A stretch of 64,000 nucleotides of DNA from the human T2T-CHM13v2.0 reference genome, Homo sapiens. The DNA is taken from the NCBI RefSeq assembly GCF_009914755.1, contig NC_060934.1; one strand, written 5' to 3'. The translations under genes and the position numbers were made by a program. Positions 12,850 through 27,880 of the stretch are shown here, in pieces; the first letter of the stretch is position 1, and every line of letters starts with the position of its first letter. Under the pieces are notes generated by a model. That model was not told the DNA's origin. It did no database searches and saw only the letters and a list, made by a program, of their open reading frames with translations.

Positions 12850-14390
12850 AGGGTAAGTAAGTGGTAAAGTAAAAGCTGTTATTTGATTTAGATTTATTAA
12901 TAGAAAAGTATAGGTTTTATTATCATCTTTAAGGATGAGAAGGTAACCACTATGTAACAGAAAAGCATATAAAAATTTCCAAATTAATAGAAATTTTACT
13001 AAGCCAACAAAAGAAAAATTAAGAAGTATAACACATACTACAGACGAGAGGAAAAACAAAATCAAGCATTTGTTTCTCATTAACTATACATATACTGAGC
13101 TCCCTTATCAAAATACAACTGATCAACAAACTAACTTTGAAACAAAACCAAAAAGGCAGAAAACACAGATGAAGAAAAACAGACGCAAACAAAAGAAAAG
13201 CAATAGTGTTGATATTAACATTGGAAAATGGGAATTAAAGGTCAAAAGCAAGTAATAGGACAAAGAGTGGTAATAAGTAATGATAAAAGGTCTAATCCAC
13301 TGAAAAGTTAAAACAGTCATAAACCCTTATGTTCTAAACACTCCAAATTCATTCACATAACAGCAAAACTCCTAAATAGAACTTGATAAAAACAATCACA
13401 GCAGAATACTTTAATATACCTTTACCAGAGTTGACATAGTAAGTAAACAAAAAATAAGCAAAATTATAGAGAATTTGAATAATAATTTTTAAAACACTTT
13501 GAGGTGTTTATGTTTACAAATATAAGATATATATAAGATAAATATAAGCGGCCGGGCGCGGTGGCTCACACCTGTAATCCCAGCACTTTGGGAGGCCAAG
13601 GCGGGCAGATCACGAGGTAAGGAGATCGAGACCTTCCTGGCTAACACAGTGAAACGCCGTCTCTACTAAAAACACAAAAAATTAGCCGGGTGTGGCGGCG
13701 TGTGCCAGTAGTCCCAGCTACTCAGGATGCTGAGGCAGGAGAATGGCATGAACCTGGGAGGCGGAACTTGTAGTGAGCCGAGATTGTGCCACTGCACTCC
13801 AGCCTGGGCGACAGAGCGAGACTCCATCTCAAAAAAAAAAAAAAAAAAAGAAAGAAAGAAAAAGAAATATAAGCATACAATACCAAGCCTATATTCATGG
13901 TTCATTTAAAAAATGAGCAATAAGTCTGGTCACAAAGGAAGTCTTAATTCTAAAACTTAGAGATAGTACAGACTACATTTAAAAATAATAATCAAATAAA
14001 ATAACCATCAGAGACAAAAATGATTTTTAAACACCTCAGCAACTGACAAGTTAAAAAAATTTTTTTTTCAAGACAGAAATAAAAGTTTAAATTACAAATA
14101 GCCTAGAAATTAATGAAAGGGAAAATATTTTACATCAAAATCTATGAGAAATGAAATTCTACACAGAGGAAAATGCATGCAGCTAACAAGACAAACTAAA
14201 AATGAATGAACCAAGTACCCAGGCCAAGAAAACAGAAAAAGAACAATTAAAATACACCAAAACAAAGTAGGAAGAAGAAACGGGTAAACATTAATGCAGA
14301 AATTAATAAAACAGAAAAGGGAAAAAAGCTAGTTCTTTTGAAAGGCAAGTAAAGTAGATAATTCCCTAGCAAACATAATTAAAATAAATA
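12850..14390 (+). mobile_element. Very old L1M ORF2 5' fragments
   Basis: A-rich degenerate L1 endonuclease/linker motifs. Confidence 0.5.
13550..13865 (+). mobile_element. AluY
   Basis: Alu dimer; TSD aaatataagc. Confidence 0.95.
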
Positions 14391-14869
14391 TACCAGACAG
14401 AGGGTGCCTCAGTAGTTACTTAAACCTCAGCTTTCTTATCTGGAAAATGGTCACATATTTGCTTTACCTTCCTTCCTTTCCTCTGCTTCTGCCTACTGTA
14501 CCTTCCAATAGCAATGTCAAATGAACTCATCTGAAAGCTCAGCCCAGCTGGTTCTAAATGTGACACAGGGAACATTACAATCTGTCATTCACCTAATACT
14601 GTTGTGTATTTATTTCCTTTCAGACACAGACTGATCCCTAATCCCAGAGCTCCAGTTGCCTTTACAGGGCTTCTTTCTGCTGTGGTTCCTGCCAGATAAT
14701 CTTGTTCTTGGCTGTCTCCTTTCCAAACACAGTAGCTCTACCCTTGAAAGTCAACCCAGAGCATAGTACCCCTGCCCAAAGCAGGATCTCTTAAACGCTT
14801 CAGTGACTGCTATTGCTAAACTGCCTAGTCCAATTTCCCAATGTTATGTTTCTACCCTGCATATAGTCA

Positions 14870-15120
14870 GGAAAGTGAGAAAGATGGCTGTGGTCAACCG
14901 CAAATGTTGGTTTCAAATCCATGCCACATCAGCAAAAAAAAAAAAAATGGATAGGCACCCATATCTGTAAAGGGAAAAGCAAAAGCAACAGAAGCATGGC
15001 CTCTATCTCATTTCCACCTTCTAAAACATACACAAGTACATCTCATTGGCCAAATCTACCTTATATCCAGAATACTTGCTGCAAGTGGATCTGGGAAACA
15101 TAGTTATTAGCTTTCAACAC
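14870..15120 (-). mobile_element. Old MLT1-type LTR fragment
   Basis: catctcattggccaaa...gctgcaagtggatctgggaaa motif. Confidence 0.4.
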
Positions 15121-15735
15121 TATGCAAAACAGGAAAAGACACTGGCATGGAAAAATAAATGTTGAAACTAATCCATTGTTTTCATCACATAAAGGTTTTT
15201 TTTTTTTCATATTATCCTCCAATTTTAATAAGCAGATTTTTACAGCATGTAAAAAGACTGATAAATTCTCAAAATAAAAGTGCAAACCAGTAAATGTAAT
15301 AGAATAATACTGGATGCTTTTCTTTACATCTCTGAAATTAATTCACCTTTTAAGGATGTATCCTTATCTCCATATAAATAGACATGTAATATTCCATTCC
15401 ATACTGACTTTCTCTTCAAAGATTGTCAGGGAAAATTTTTAAGTTTTTCATAGTATGGTTTGTAATTCTCTGGAAGACAGACCAATTCTTTCCATTTATA
15501 TATTGTTTTAAGTTCCCACTGCAGCTGCAGTGGCTAACTGATCATGGTAGTTTCCTGGTCCCAGTGACTTCCTAATTGTATCAATCACAGTATGGCACAG
15601 GTAAGAGAGATTGGATAAGTCTAGGATAATCACAGGGGAGAGAGAATTAAAATACTGTGGAAGAGTGGCAGTGAATTTGTCTTGGATAATCTGCAAAGGA
15701 GAAAGAATCGAGTGTAAAAAAATGTTATTAGTCAA

Positions 15736-15805
15736 ATCATGTTGTACACCTTAATATATACTGTTTTTGTCAATTATACCTCAATAAAGCTGGAAAATAA
15801 AAAAT
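15736..15805 (+). mobile_element. L1MA extreme 3' end
   Basis: catgttgtacaccttaa...gtcaattatacctcaataaagctgg. Confidence 0.75.
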
Positions 15806-15829
15806 AAACAGGAAAGAAAAAATGTTGTG

Positions 15830-16850
15830 AGAACTTTTGATGAATTAGATTGGGGGTAAGGTTGTAAATGACAGACAACTTGTGAGTAACAGACTTGCAT
15901 AAGCAAGGATACTGATAACATCTGCAGAAATAGGAAAACACTGGAAGAAAATCCGCAGGCCAGAGAAGACAATGAACTTGCCAAGTAGGAGGTGTTTTTG
16001 AAATAGTCAAGTGGAACTGCCAGTTAAGCATCTGGATACATAGGTCTGAAACTCAAAGTAGTAGTTTGTATTAGACATATATAAATGTAGAAGCCATTGG
16101 TATATGAAGAAAAGTCAAATAGGCATGAAGGATATTGCTTAAAGAAAAACAGAAGAGTGGTAATATATGAAGGCTTAAATGAGCTTTGAAGAATGTCAGC
16201 ATTGTCAGTACTGCTGATGTCAGGTAAAATGAATACTAAAAGTTATCAACTGGACCAGCTATTATGAAAATCCCTGGGAATCCTGGGAACAGCTGTTTTG
16301 CTAGAGTAATGGGTACAGATACCTAAGAAGAGTGGTGTAAAATGAAGGGAAATTTTCAAGAAATTTGGCTGTTGAATGGAAAAAGATACGTGGCTGAGAG
16401 AGACTTTCTTTTCTTTTTAAAGAAACATATCTACATAAATACTGATGAGAAAGATATAGTTGAGAGAGGACTTTAAATATAGGTGACAGATAGCAGCACT
16501 GACAGTATGTTTCCAGAGCAGGAAGGGGTAGAGTAAGGGACAGAATCCAAAATATGGGAGAAAAGCCAGCATTCAAAGAGGGGACACCATTAGCAGGAAA
16601 AAGGAGAGGATACATGTAGGTCTAAGTCTGTAGGTTGGTTGTAAGATGAAAGTATTTGAGTATAAATGTTATAGATCTTGGCCATATATAAAATGTCACG
16701 GCCAATAAAAGTTGAGAGAGGAATTCTTTGAATTAACAGGCATGAGGGTACAAGTTGATAGTAAGAGAGATCTTTTACATCCTTCATCAGAGGTGTCTGA
16801 AAGGTCACAGTGAGAGAAAAATGGACATGTACATGAAATGGAGATAGGAC
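15830..16850 (-). mobile_element. L2 fragments
   Basis: Purine-rich L2 motifs (ggatacataggtctgaaactca, gtcaggtaaaatgaatact). Confidence 0.5.
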
Positions 16851-17036
16851 TGGTAAGCTAGTTTGTACAATTTTGCCCAGCTGTTCTTTAAAAGAGGATC
16901 AATAGTGATTAATTCTACATTTAACTTAACCCTTTCTCTCCAAACTAGTGTTTCTTCATAAATTCCAACTTTATACAAAATAACTGATAATTTAGTAATT
17001 TGAGAAGTGATAAATGCAAAATCAAAATCATACTAA

Positions 17037-17333
<297 letters not shown>

Positions 17334-17369
17334 ATACACATAAAAATATTTTATAATCTCTACACATTT

Positions 17370-17830
17370 TATATCCAAATGGCCATTAAATATATAAAAA
17401 GTATTCAATTTCCTTAATTACAGAGAAAAAGCAAATTAAAGTCAAAGTGAGATACCACTACATACCTACCAGAACGGCCAAAATATAAAAGATAATGTAT
17501 CTTTATAAATATTTTATTTTTATAAAAAAGATAATTAGTCCCAAATGTTAAGGCTGTGGAGCAACTGCAACACCAATGCACTGCTGGAGGGAGGATAAAC
17601 TACTATAACCATTTGAAAACGGTTTGGCAGTATCTACTAAAGCTGAACATACACAAACCCAGCAATGATAGGGCAATTTCATTCCTAAGTACATACGCAA
17701 CAGAAATGCATATATAAGCTTATTAAAAGATATGTACAACGATGTTCATAGAAACTTTGCTCATAATAGCCCCAAATTAGAAACAACCTAAATATCCATC
17801 AAAAGTAGTATCTATCAATAAAATGGGATC
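17370..17830 (+). mobile_element. L1ME 3' ORF2 fragment
   Basis: gagataccactacatacctaccagaa, aaacggtttggcagtatctactaaagctgaac. Confidence 0.8.
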
Positions 17831-17831
17831 C

Positions 17832-18150
17832 TGCTATGGTTTGAATGTGTCCCCCTGAAAGCATGTGTTGGAAACTTAATCCCTAATGCAACAATGTTGG
17901 GAGGAGGAACCTAATGGGAGGTGTTTAGGTCATGAGGGCTCCACCCTCATGAACGGATTAATGGCATAAAAGGGCTTGTTGCCAGTTTCATCTCTTGCTC
18001 TCTCTCATGCCATGGGATGATGCAGCATGAAGGCCCTCACCAGATGCTCCCACCTTGATATTGGACTTTCCAGCTCCAGAACTGTAAGAAAGAAGTATAT
18101 TTTCTTTACAAATTACCCAGTCTGTGGTATTCTGTCATAGTAAAACAAAA
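17832..18150 (+). mobile_element. MSTD-like MaLR LTR, 3' end missing
   Basis: tgctatggtttgaatgtgtcccc...ttacccagtctgtggtattctg. Confidence 0.85.
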
Positions 18151-18287
18151 TTTCATGTGCATGATGTCATGTGCAAAATGTCATGTGATGTCATGTGCAA
18201 AATGTCCTGTGCATGATGTTGAGAAACAGAAGCCAATTTAAGAAGCAAATTAGCAAGTAATTAAAAAAATCTATATCAGAATACACA

Positions 18288-18724
18288 TAGCTGACCCTTG
18301 AACACCAGGAGTTTGATCTGCAAGGGTCCACTTATATTCAGATTTTTTTCAATAAAAGTTACACAAGTATGCCTGCCTCTCCTGACTCCCGTTCCACTTC
18401 CTCCACCTCTTCTGCCTCCGCCATCCTTGAGGCAGCAAGACTAGCCTCTCCTCTCAGTCTACTCAATAAGAAGATGCAAAGATGAAGAACTTTATGATGA
18501 TCCACTTCCACTTAATGAATAGTAAGTATATTTTCTCTTATGATTTTCTTAATAACATTTTCTTTATTGTAAGAATACAGTATATGATACATATAACGTG
18601 TTAATTGTTTATGTTAGTGGTAGGCTACTAGTAGTTACGTTTTGGCAGAGCCAAAAGCTATTCATGGACTTTCCACTGTGCTGGGGGATCGGCACCCCTA
18701 ACCCCTCTGTTGTTCAAGAGTCTG
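18288..18724 (+). mobile_element. Tigger2a (MER28)
   Basis: gctgacccttgaacac...gttgttcaagagtc termini and the typical body. Confidence 0.85.
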
Positions 18725-19089
18725 TTATAATTTGATACTGCATATCTTTTCTATGAATTTTAGCAGCTCCAGAAGCCAGGAATTGTATATGACTTTTGTT
18801 TCCTCAGATGAATTTTATTATGTAATAGCTGCTTATTATTTCCTGATCATTATCCCTCAGGAAGTGTTTCATAGTTCTTATCTCTGAAAATAACTGAAAT
18901 ATTTTATTTCAGTATATTTGTTACATTTGACTTTTGACCAAAATTGTAGTCAAATTATTTCTAATAATTTATCATTCAACCTTTGCAGAAATGACAAAGA
19001 AGCAAGGCAAATACATAGTTTGATTTCTCAGATACCTCTCTAATGTCATGATTCAAAAATATGGGATATAATAAAAGTATTAATACTAA

Positions 19090-19293
<204 letters not shown>

Positions 19294-19526
19294 TGAATGT
19301 TAAAGTACCTATCAAATATGAATATTTGAATTTCTGTATATTTACTACTTTGCAAGAATGCCAGAAATCATTGCACAAAATAATTTTAGGAGCAAAGTAA
19401 ATAAAATGTTGAATCTAAGAAGTACTTAGATATAATATCACAAAAATCTTCAAGTCAGTATTATTGAAATTAATGTGGAAATTTCTAATTCCAGGCAGAG
19501 TGTGTTTGGTAACCTGTAGTATATAG

Positions 19527-19812
19527 CACAGGCTCCCTTGGCCAAGCTTTAACTTTCTGAGGTTTCAGTTACCCATGGTCAACTGCAGTCTGAAAATATT
19601 AAGACATTTTGAGACAAAAGAGAGATCATATTCACGTAACTTTTATTATAGTATATTGTTGTAATTGTTCTATTATTATTCCTGTTAATCTTATTGTGCC
19701 TAATTTATAAATTGAACTTTATCATAAGATATGAATATATAGGAAAAAACATAGTTTCAGCCATCCATTGGGATTTTAGAACGTATCCCCTACAGATAAC
19801 GGGAGACTACTG
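19527..19812. mobile_element. MER44A-like (TcMar-Tigger)
   Basis: ggtttcagttacccatggtcaactgcagtctgaaaatatt...acgtatcccctacagataacgggagactactg. Confidence 0.8.
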
Positions 19813-20271
19813 GACATTAGGAACCCAGTTAAGGTTCAAAAAAAGCTTGGGACAAGTTAAAAGTACCTCTTTTTAAAAATGCTTGCCACTTATCTCAGCT
19901 TCATGCTTCACTCCCTCCCAATTGGAGAATTTCTAGGATAGAGATGCCAGTAAAACTCATTTAATTAATTCAGAAGAGTAGCCAAACAAATTGTATCTGT
20001 CCCAGCAGGAAGTCAGACCTTATCAGTTACAGTGGAGGCAATATTTTTAAACTTTTGCTCATCTTCAGTAGTTAAAGTTTAAAAATCTGTATGTATATTT
20101 GGGTTAAGTGTTTTCTGACTAATGCAAAACAAACAAACAAAAACAGGAAAAAAAGTAAGATTCCAGGAAAGGAAATGAAATAACTGTACCTAACCAGTTT
20201 TAAAATGAGGGTTCAATTTTCTTCCTTCGCATTACATACCTATGAGAACCAGAAATAAATTGTTGAAATAA

Positions 20272-20741
<470 letters not shown>

Positions 20742-21066
20742 AATAAGCGATTGCCCTCTATTGACAAACTAGGTAAACCAGTCCTCGAAACCTTTGGAGT
20801 TAACTTGGTAATTGGGAGAGTTAAGGAGGACTGATATTTCATGGAATATAATCACAGCACACTTTTAATCTAGTTGCGTATTTATTGGCGTGTCATTTTG
20901 CGTGATGACCAGTGTTTAGAACTGGGTTGATTTCATTCAAATTTGCTTCAGTTTTTGCTTAAATTAGTGTCCTGTACTAAAAATGTTCTTAGTCAAATTT
21001 TCCATGTCATATAATTTTCTCCTGTGGTAGTCTACAAATGCAAAAATATGTAGTCATCCACAGAAT

Positions 21067-21128
21067 CTTTTTTTTTTTTGAGACAGGGTCTCACTCTGTT
21101 GCCCAGGCTGGAGTGCAGTGGCACAATC
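21067..21128 (-). mobile_element. Alu 3' fragment
   Basis: T tract plus gagacagggtctcactctgttgcccaggctggagtgcagtggcacaatc. Confidence 0.88.
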
Positions 21129-21129
21129 C

Positions 21130-22022
21130 ACCTCACTTTATTGTGCTTTACTACATGTTGCGGCTATTGTATCTTTTTCCAAATTGAAGGTTTGTGGCAA
21201 TCCTGAGCCAATCAAGTGTATGGGTGCCATTTTTCCAACAGCATGTATTCCCTTCCTGTTTCTGTATCACATTTTGGTAACTCTCGCAACATTTCAAACA
21301 TTTTCATTATTATTACCTCTGTTATAGTGACCTATGATCAGTGATCTTTGATATTACCATTGTAATTATTTTGGGGAGTCACGAACCATGTCTATATAAA
21401 TTGGTAAATTTAATCAATAAATGTTGTATGTGTTCTGACTGATCCGACGACCAGCTGTACCCCCATCTCTCTCTTTCTCTTTGGGCCTCCCTGCTCTCCG
21501 AGACACAACAATATTGAAATTAGGCCAATTAATAACCCTACAGTGATCTCTAAGTACTCAAGTGAATGGAAGAGTCACATATCTCACACTTTAAGTCAAA
21601 AGCTAGAAATGATTAAGTTTAGTGAGGAAGGCATGTTGAAAGCCAGGACAGGCCAACAGCTAGGCCTCTTGCACCAAACAGGCAAGTATGAATGTAAAGG
21701 AAAAGTTCTTGAAGGAAATTAAGTGCTACTCCAGTGAACACATGAATGATAAGAAAGTGAAAAAGCCTTAATGCTCATACGGAGAAAGTGTGAGTGGTGT
21801 GGATACAAGATAAAACCAACCACAACATTCCCTTGAGCCAGAGCCTAATCCAGGGCAAGGTCCTAACTCTCTTCATTTCTGAGAAGGACAAGAGGGTGAG
21901 GAAGCTGCAGAAGAAAAGTTGGAAGCTAGCAGAAGTTGGATCACGAGGCTTAAGGAAAGCAGCCATCTCCACAACATAAAAGTGCTAGAAACAGCAGAAA
22001 GTTCCGATGGAGAAGCTGCAGA
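21130..22022 (+). mobile_element. Tigger1 5' part with a disrupted transposase N-terminus
   Basis: aaattgaaggtttgtggcaa 5' motif; caaaagctagaaatgattaagtttagtgaggaaggcatg (KLEMIKFSEEGM, CENP-B-like HTH) with frameshifts. Confidence 0.92.
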
Positions 22023-22083
22023 AATGCTTTAATTCAGACTTGGCATTGCTGCCAGATAGATTAAAAAAAAAAGTAATCTAGAT

Positions 22084-22361
<278 letters not shown>

Positions 22362-23475
22362 CTAGACAAGCCTAAAATACTACAGATGACACTACACAAT
22401 GCCAATATACTGGTTAAAAAAGCAGAAAACTTAATCTGGCAACCTAAATGATTATAAAATAGAGAAATTTTTCTCCTACCAAATTAAAGACAGTTTAAAC
22501 TGTTTCTATAGCAAACAACAGCTTTGTGCTTTATTCGTTTTCCCTTAAAAAAAAAAAGTTTAACAATGTAAAATTAACTTGATATATAAACCATTCCTTC
22601 ATAGTGCAAGTGCTTCACAGAAATGGAAAATATCAGTTTCCCTTTGTCCAGAGAGACTCAAGTTACAAATTAAGTCGAAACTTACCCATAACTATTTTAA
22701 ATAAATTTATTTCATTAGTAACTACTACTACAAGGTAACCACTAATAAATATTTGTAGTGGCATAATAGTTCCTTAATGTGGAGTTTTCCTACCCCTGAG
22801 AAACAGGCCATACTTTTACAAGTTCACTTTGTTACACAATTAAAAGCTAATTTAATGCAATTATATAAGTTTAGAAAGTATTAATAAAAGAATGCTTGAA
22901 CATTTATGTGATGTTCTTGAAATGTGTCCCTTTGTTAATAAAGTCCCAAAAAATTTAATTAGATAAGGAACAAATAAAGCAACACATGGCTTTCTGGGAG
23001 ACTGTTACTACTGAGGTGATTAGCAAGCAAATTATGCTGCAAATTTAGCTGACTATACATCCTGAAATGAATTTAGACCATATTTGCTTAGCCAAATAGA
23101 AAATCAACTGTTGCCAACATTATTGTTAAGTGTAATTATAAAAAATTACTGGCAACTACTCTGTTTTAGTAAGGTTTTTGTCTCAATAGAGAATAAATAA
23201 AACATTCATTCATGAAACTGAAAATAAGTAAAACCCCCAAAAACTACTTTTCATGCTTCTCATATAATTTTTCAGTTATACCTTTTTTCAACATAAAACA
23301 ATTATTATCTCATGTCAATTTCAAACCAAAGATTACAAGGCTTCCAATATTTTGAGTCCATAAAAACAGACAACTTAAAACAATAGCTTTTTTTTCTTCA
23401 CTGAATGCTTTATGAGACATCAAAATTAACCTAGGTAATTGTGTACTAGTAGAAAAGTAAGAAAGCTTCCTATTC

Positions 23476-23887
<412 letters not shown>

Positions 23888-24844
23888 GAAGGCCAGCTGG
23901 GAAAAATCACTATTCTTTCTTTTTTTAAATTCACCATACAGGGTCATTCTCAGAAAACTTATTGTTCTTGTTTCAAGTTTTCTTATTATTCAAGAAGTAG
24001 ACACTAAAATCAACAGTGCACTAAGAACATTAACATCATATTTCTACTAATAATGACAACTTCCCTTCAATATATAGTGATAACAGACTCTCTTGACTGT
24101 AAAAGGAAAACATTACTGAAGAAAGTAAGAATATTTACTAAAGAACATATATATTCTTTAAAAAATTATTTTACATTAAAATTCCTAGTTTTTAATTTTT
24201 TTAGTTGGGCAATTGAGTTGGAGTAATAGTTATGTTCTCTTGGGAACTCAAATGTTGAATGATACTAGGCATAATAATATAGATGGTCAGATTTAATTAT
24301 AGTGCAATATTGATTTTAAGCACCTGACTTCTTATTAAATATCTTTTACTAACTTGTTAGATATGCAAATCATTTATACTAGATAGAAATGTTTGACTCA
24401 AAGTTTAACATACTTTTCAACAAATATTAATAATGATTTAAAAATGTAAGATACTTAAATAGCCATTTTTTCAAATTATTAGGTAATTTGGTGAATTAAT
24501 TTCCATAATTACATCTGAAATAAATTCACCCTTAAATATTATTTTGTAAAAATCCATTCTGGATTTAATATATTATGTAAAATAATATAAAATATGCATT
24601 TGGAAAGATACAGGAAATGTTTTCCCTTAGAAAGTACTGAAGCTCCATCTAGAGGCTTTTCCCCCTATTACTGTCACTTGCAATATAAGTAATATCACCT
24701 AGAAATGTGAATAATATTAAAATGTCAGGGATTTCCTTTGTACCTACGCTTTTGTTATTCATAATGAGTTCTTGCCCTAACCTTCTCAGGGTAGAGCTCT
24801 AGCTCCATCACTGCCATCAAGTGGTAAAAAACTAAAACTGAACT

Positions 24845-24845
<1 letters not shown>

Positions 24846-24875
<30 letters not shown>

Positions 24876-24888
24876 GGAAAAAAAAAAC
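24846..24888. repeat. Poly(A) tract
   Basis: About 25 A, then gaagagg, then about 10 A. Confidence 0.9.
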
Positions 24889-25719
24889 CAACTATGTATT
24901 CTTCACCACTTACACACTTTCCTTTGTTAGTTTAATAAATGGGTTTGTCTGTTTAACCTTTGCTATTTATTGTTTAAATCAAATTATATAAAAAAGTTGC
25001 CATATGTTTCTAGAAAATAGCACTGTACACTGTCTCTCAATCTAAAATTTTTTCTGGGCATTTTTATATTTGCAAGGCATATAAAAATATTTTGAATTAA
25101 ACCTTTAGTTAAATTATGTGTTTTAATGTAAGTACAGTTCATGAATTACTCCACTGAGAGGAATAGCGATGAGAAACACAAATACTTACTCGGGATTAAT
25201 GAATTTTACAGTACACTATAATACTTTATAAAAAGAGGAAATAAAATTATGATGTGACTAAATTAAGTATTTTCTCTTGCCTCTAAAAATAACCTAGATT
25301 TCATAAATCAGACACTCTCATTGTACTCTCAGGATGTAGTCATAATGATACTTCCCAAAAATGTCTTCACTAGCCTAGAAGTGAAGAAAGATCAGAATAA
25401 GCATCTAACACTATGTTGCAGGAGCTGAAACTTTCAAAGAGGCAAAAACTACAACTACAGAATCTAGGAGAAAAGGCCAATGAAATAATATCTCAGTCGA
25501 AGGGCTACTGCTCTACAAAGAGGCAGCATCGCCCCAAACGTAATTTTTCAAATATTAAAAAAACAGTTTGTATAGGAAATAGTAGGCTGAAATATAGAGT
25601 TAACTTAGTAACTCTCAACAACCATGTTTAGAAACTCCCCCAAATTACTAAGATATCTTTATTAATTGGCCATCCTTTTGATGTTATATAATTGGTTAGA
25701 TTTTAGTTTTTACTGAGAA

Positions 25720-25962
25720 ACAATAAAACAATAGCAGCCAACATTCCTACTATGTACCAGGTACAAATCTAAGCTTATCACATAATAAATGTATTAAACA
25801 GCCTCTCAACAACCCTGTAAGATAGGTACTACTATTATTATAATATAATGAGGAAACTGGGCACAAAGAGGTTAAATAACCACCCACAGTCACACAGTTA
25901 GTAGTGTGGCTATGATACAAAACCCGAGCAGTGTGCCAGGGTAGTCCTCACTCTTAACCATT
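25720..25962 (-). mobile_element. MIR
   Basis: caaccctgtaagataggtact...atgaggaaactgggcacaaagaggttaaataac core. Confidence 0.85.
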
Positions 25963-25973
25963 TTCCTTTAAGT

Positions 25974-26190
25974 CAGGTTTTCTCAACCTTGGCACTATTG
26001 ACATTTCTGAACCAGGTAATTCCTTGCTGTAGGAGGCTGTTCTGTGCATTATAGGATGTTTGGCAGCACCCCACCAGATGCCAGTAGCATTACCCACTCC
26101 CAGCCCCCCAGTTCTAATAACCAAAAATGTCTCCAGACATTGTCAAATGTCCCTGGGCAGGGGGGAACAGCCCCCAGTTCAGAATCACTG
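25974..26190 (+). mobile_element. MER20 (hAT-Charlie)
   Basis: ttctcaaccttggcactattgacatt...aaaaatgtctccagacattgtcaaatgtccc...agaatcactg. Confidence 0.92.
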
Positions 26191-26554
26191 ATATAAAATA
26201 AAAATTTAATCCGTTATAACATTGCAGGAACAAATGATAAACAATTTACCTGAAATTAGTTTTCCCCAATTTTAACTTACTTACTGGAACATAGAAATTC
26301 TTAAATCTACAGATGATTTAGAATAGTAACACTCTACATCTTACTATTTAAGGTAAAAATTATATGAGGGGCAAACCTCTTCAGGTAAAATTTATGTAAG
26401 CAAACTTGGAAATAATGGAGATACAGTGTATACAGAAATTTCATCAAAATTTTTTAAAGTATTACCTCTGACAAATGGGACTGAGGGCCAAAGGATGAAA
26501 ATATCACCTTTTACTTTACATATTTCTGTATTATATTAAATTTTTTCCTTTTGA

Positions 26555-26700
26555 TTCATTTTTCTAATAACAAAAATTATATATATTTATAAACATGATG
26601 TTTTGAAACAGGCATACATTGTAGAATGGCTAAATAGAGCTAATTAACATTTTCATTACCTCATATACTTTTCTTGTAATGAGAACACTTAAAATCTATC
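26555..26700 (-). mobile_element. L1MA 3' fragment
   Basis: catacattgtagaatggctaaatagagctaattaacat. Confidence 0.75.
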
Positions 26701-27040
26701 GTATTTTATTAAAATTTTATCAAACAATATTTTGTTTTTTACTAAGTTTTTTAAAAACCAAATTTTAGGAAAAGCATTTTCTTTTTGACATTAGCATCTC
26801 CATATGCTTACGCTTATAAAGTAAGCTATTTTCACATATTGTGTTATGTTCTCTCCCACATGCTAACATAGAAAATAACAAATTCATGTGTCTTTGTCCA
26901 TCTGTTTTGCATTGTTGTAACAGAATATGTAGATGTAATACCTTGATTCTTAAAAACTACTTTAAAAAATTTAAAGAAAAAACTTATTTTACCTTCGAAT
27001 TCTTTTCATGTCAGTATATACAGGCCAATCTCATTATCTT

Positions 27041-27421
27041 TGTATTGTGATGCTCTAACAATACCCGAGACTGCGTAATTTATAAAGAACAGAGATTTAT
27101 TTCTTACAGCTCTGGAGGTTGAGGAGTCCAAAGTCAAAGGGCCCACTTCTGGCAAGAGCCTTTCGCTGCATCATCCCATGGCAGAACACAGAGGGCAAGA
27201 GAGCACGAGGGACAAAGAAGGGAAGAGGGCTGAACTTATCCTTTTACCAGGAACCCACCCCAATAACTAACCATCTCCCACCATAACTGCACTAACACTT
27301 TCATGAGGGTAGAGCCTTCATGACCTAATCACCTTTTAAAAGTCTCACCTCAACACTGTTGCATTAGGGATTAAGTTTCCAACACATAAACTTTCGGAAA
27401 TACATTTACATCATACTATCA
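27041..27421 (-). mobile_element. MSTD-like MaLR solo LTR
   Basis: taatttataaagaacagagatttatttcttacagctctggagg...ttagggattaagtttccaacaca. Confidence 0.85.
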
Positions 27422-27532
27422 TGACAAAAATAACTGTGTCTAATTAGAAAAAAATTATTAATTAACCATAGGTTTGAAAGTTAATAGATTAAATAAGAGG
27501 ACACTAGAGGTATTATTTTCAAGAGTGCTGCT

Positions 27533-27657
27533 TATATATACACATATAAATTTATGTACATACACATAAATACACATACATATATAAATACATATTTATG
27601 TACATATATAAACATATGTATATAAATTATATAAATATAATTTTTATTTATATATAA
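27533..27657. repeat. (TA/CATA)-rich low-complexity repeat
   Basis: Degenerate tatatacacata units. Confidence 0.85.
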
Positions 27658-27837
27658 AACACCTCTCCCATTACCACAATGGGCCAAGCCACTATAATTT
27701 TTTGCCTGGATCATTACAAAATCTAACATATCTCCCAGCTTCAGACCCTACCTGGCACCTTGCCTCAACAGTCTATTTTCAGCACAGCAGCCAGATTAAA
27801 ACAAAAAACAGATGCAGTTAAAAGCCTCCAACAGTTT
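27658..27837 (+). repeat. 180-bp duplicate of 31021-31200 (L2-derived)
   Basis: Ungapped hand alignment, 163/180 identical. Confidence 0.92.
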
Positions 27838-27841
27838 ATAC

Positions 27842-27845
<4 letters not shown>

Positions 27846-27879
<34 letters not shown>
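27846..27879. repeat. (CA)n microsatellite
   Basis: About 16 CA units. Confidence 0.95.

Positions 27880-27880
<1 letters not shown>

Noticed and set aside
21540-22022. Domesticated Tigger transposase
   Set aside because: No ATG at the expected start, frameshifts and truncation
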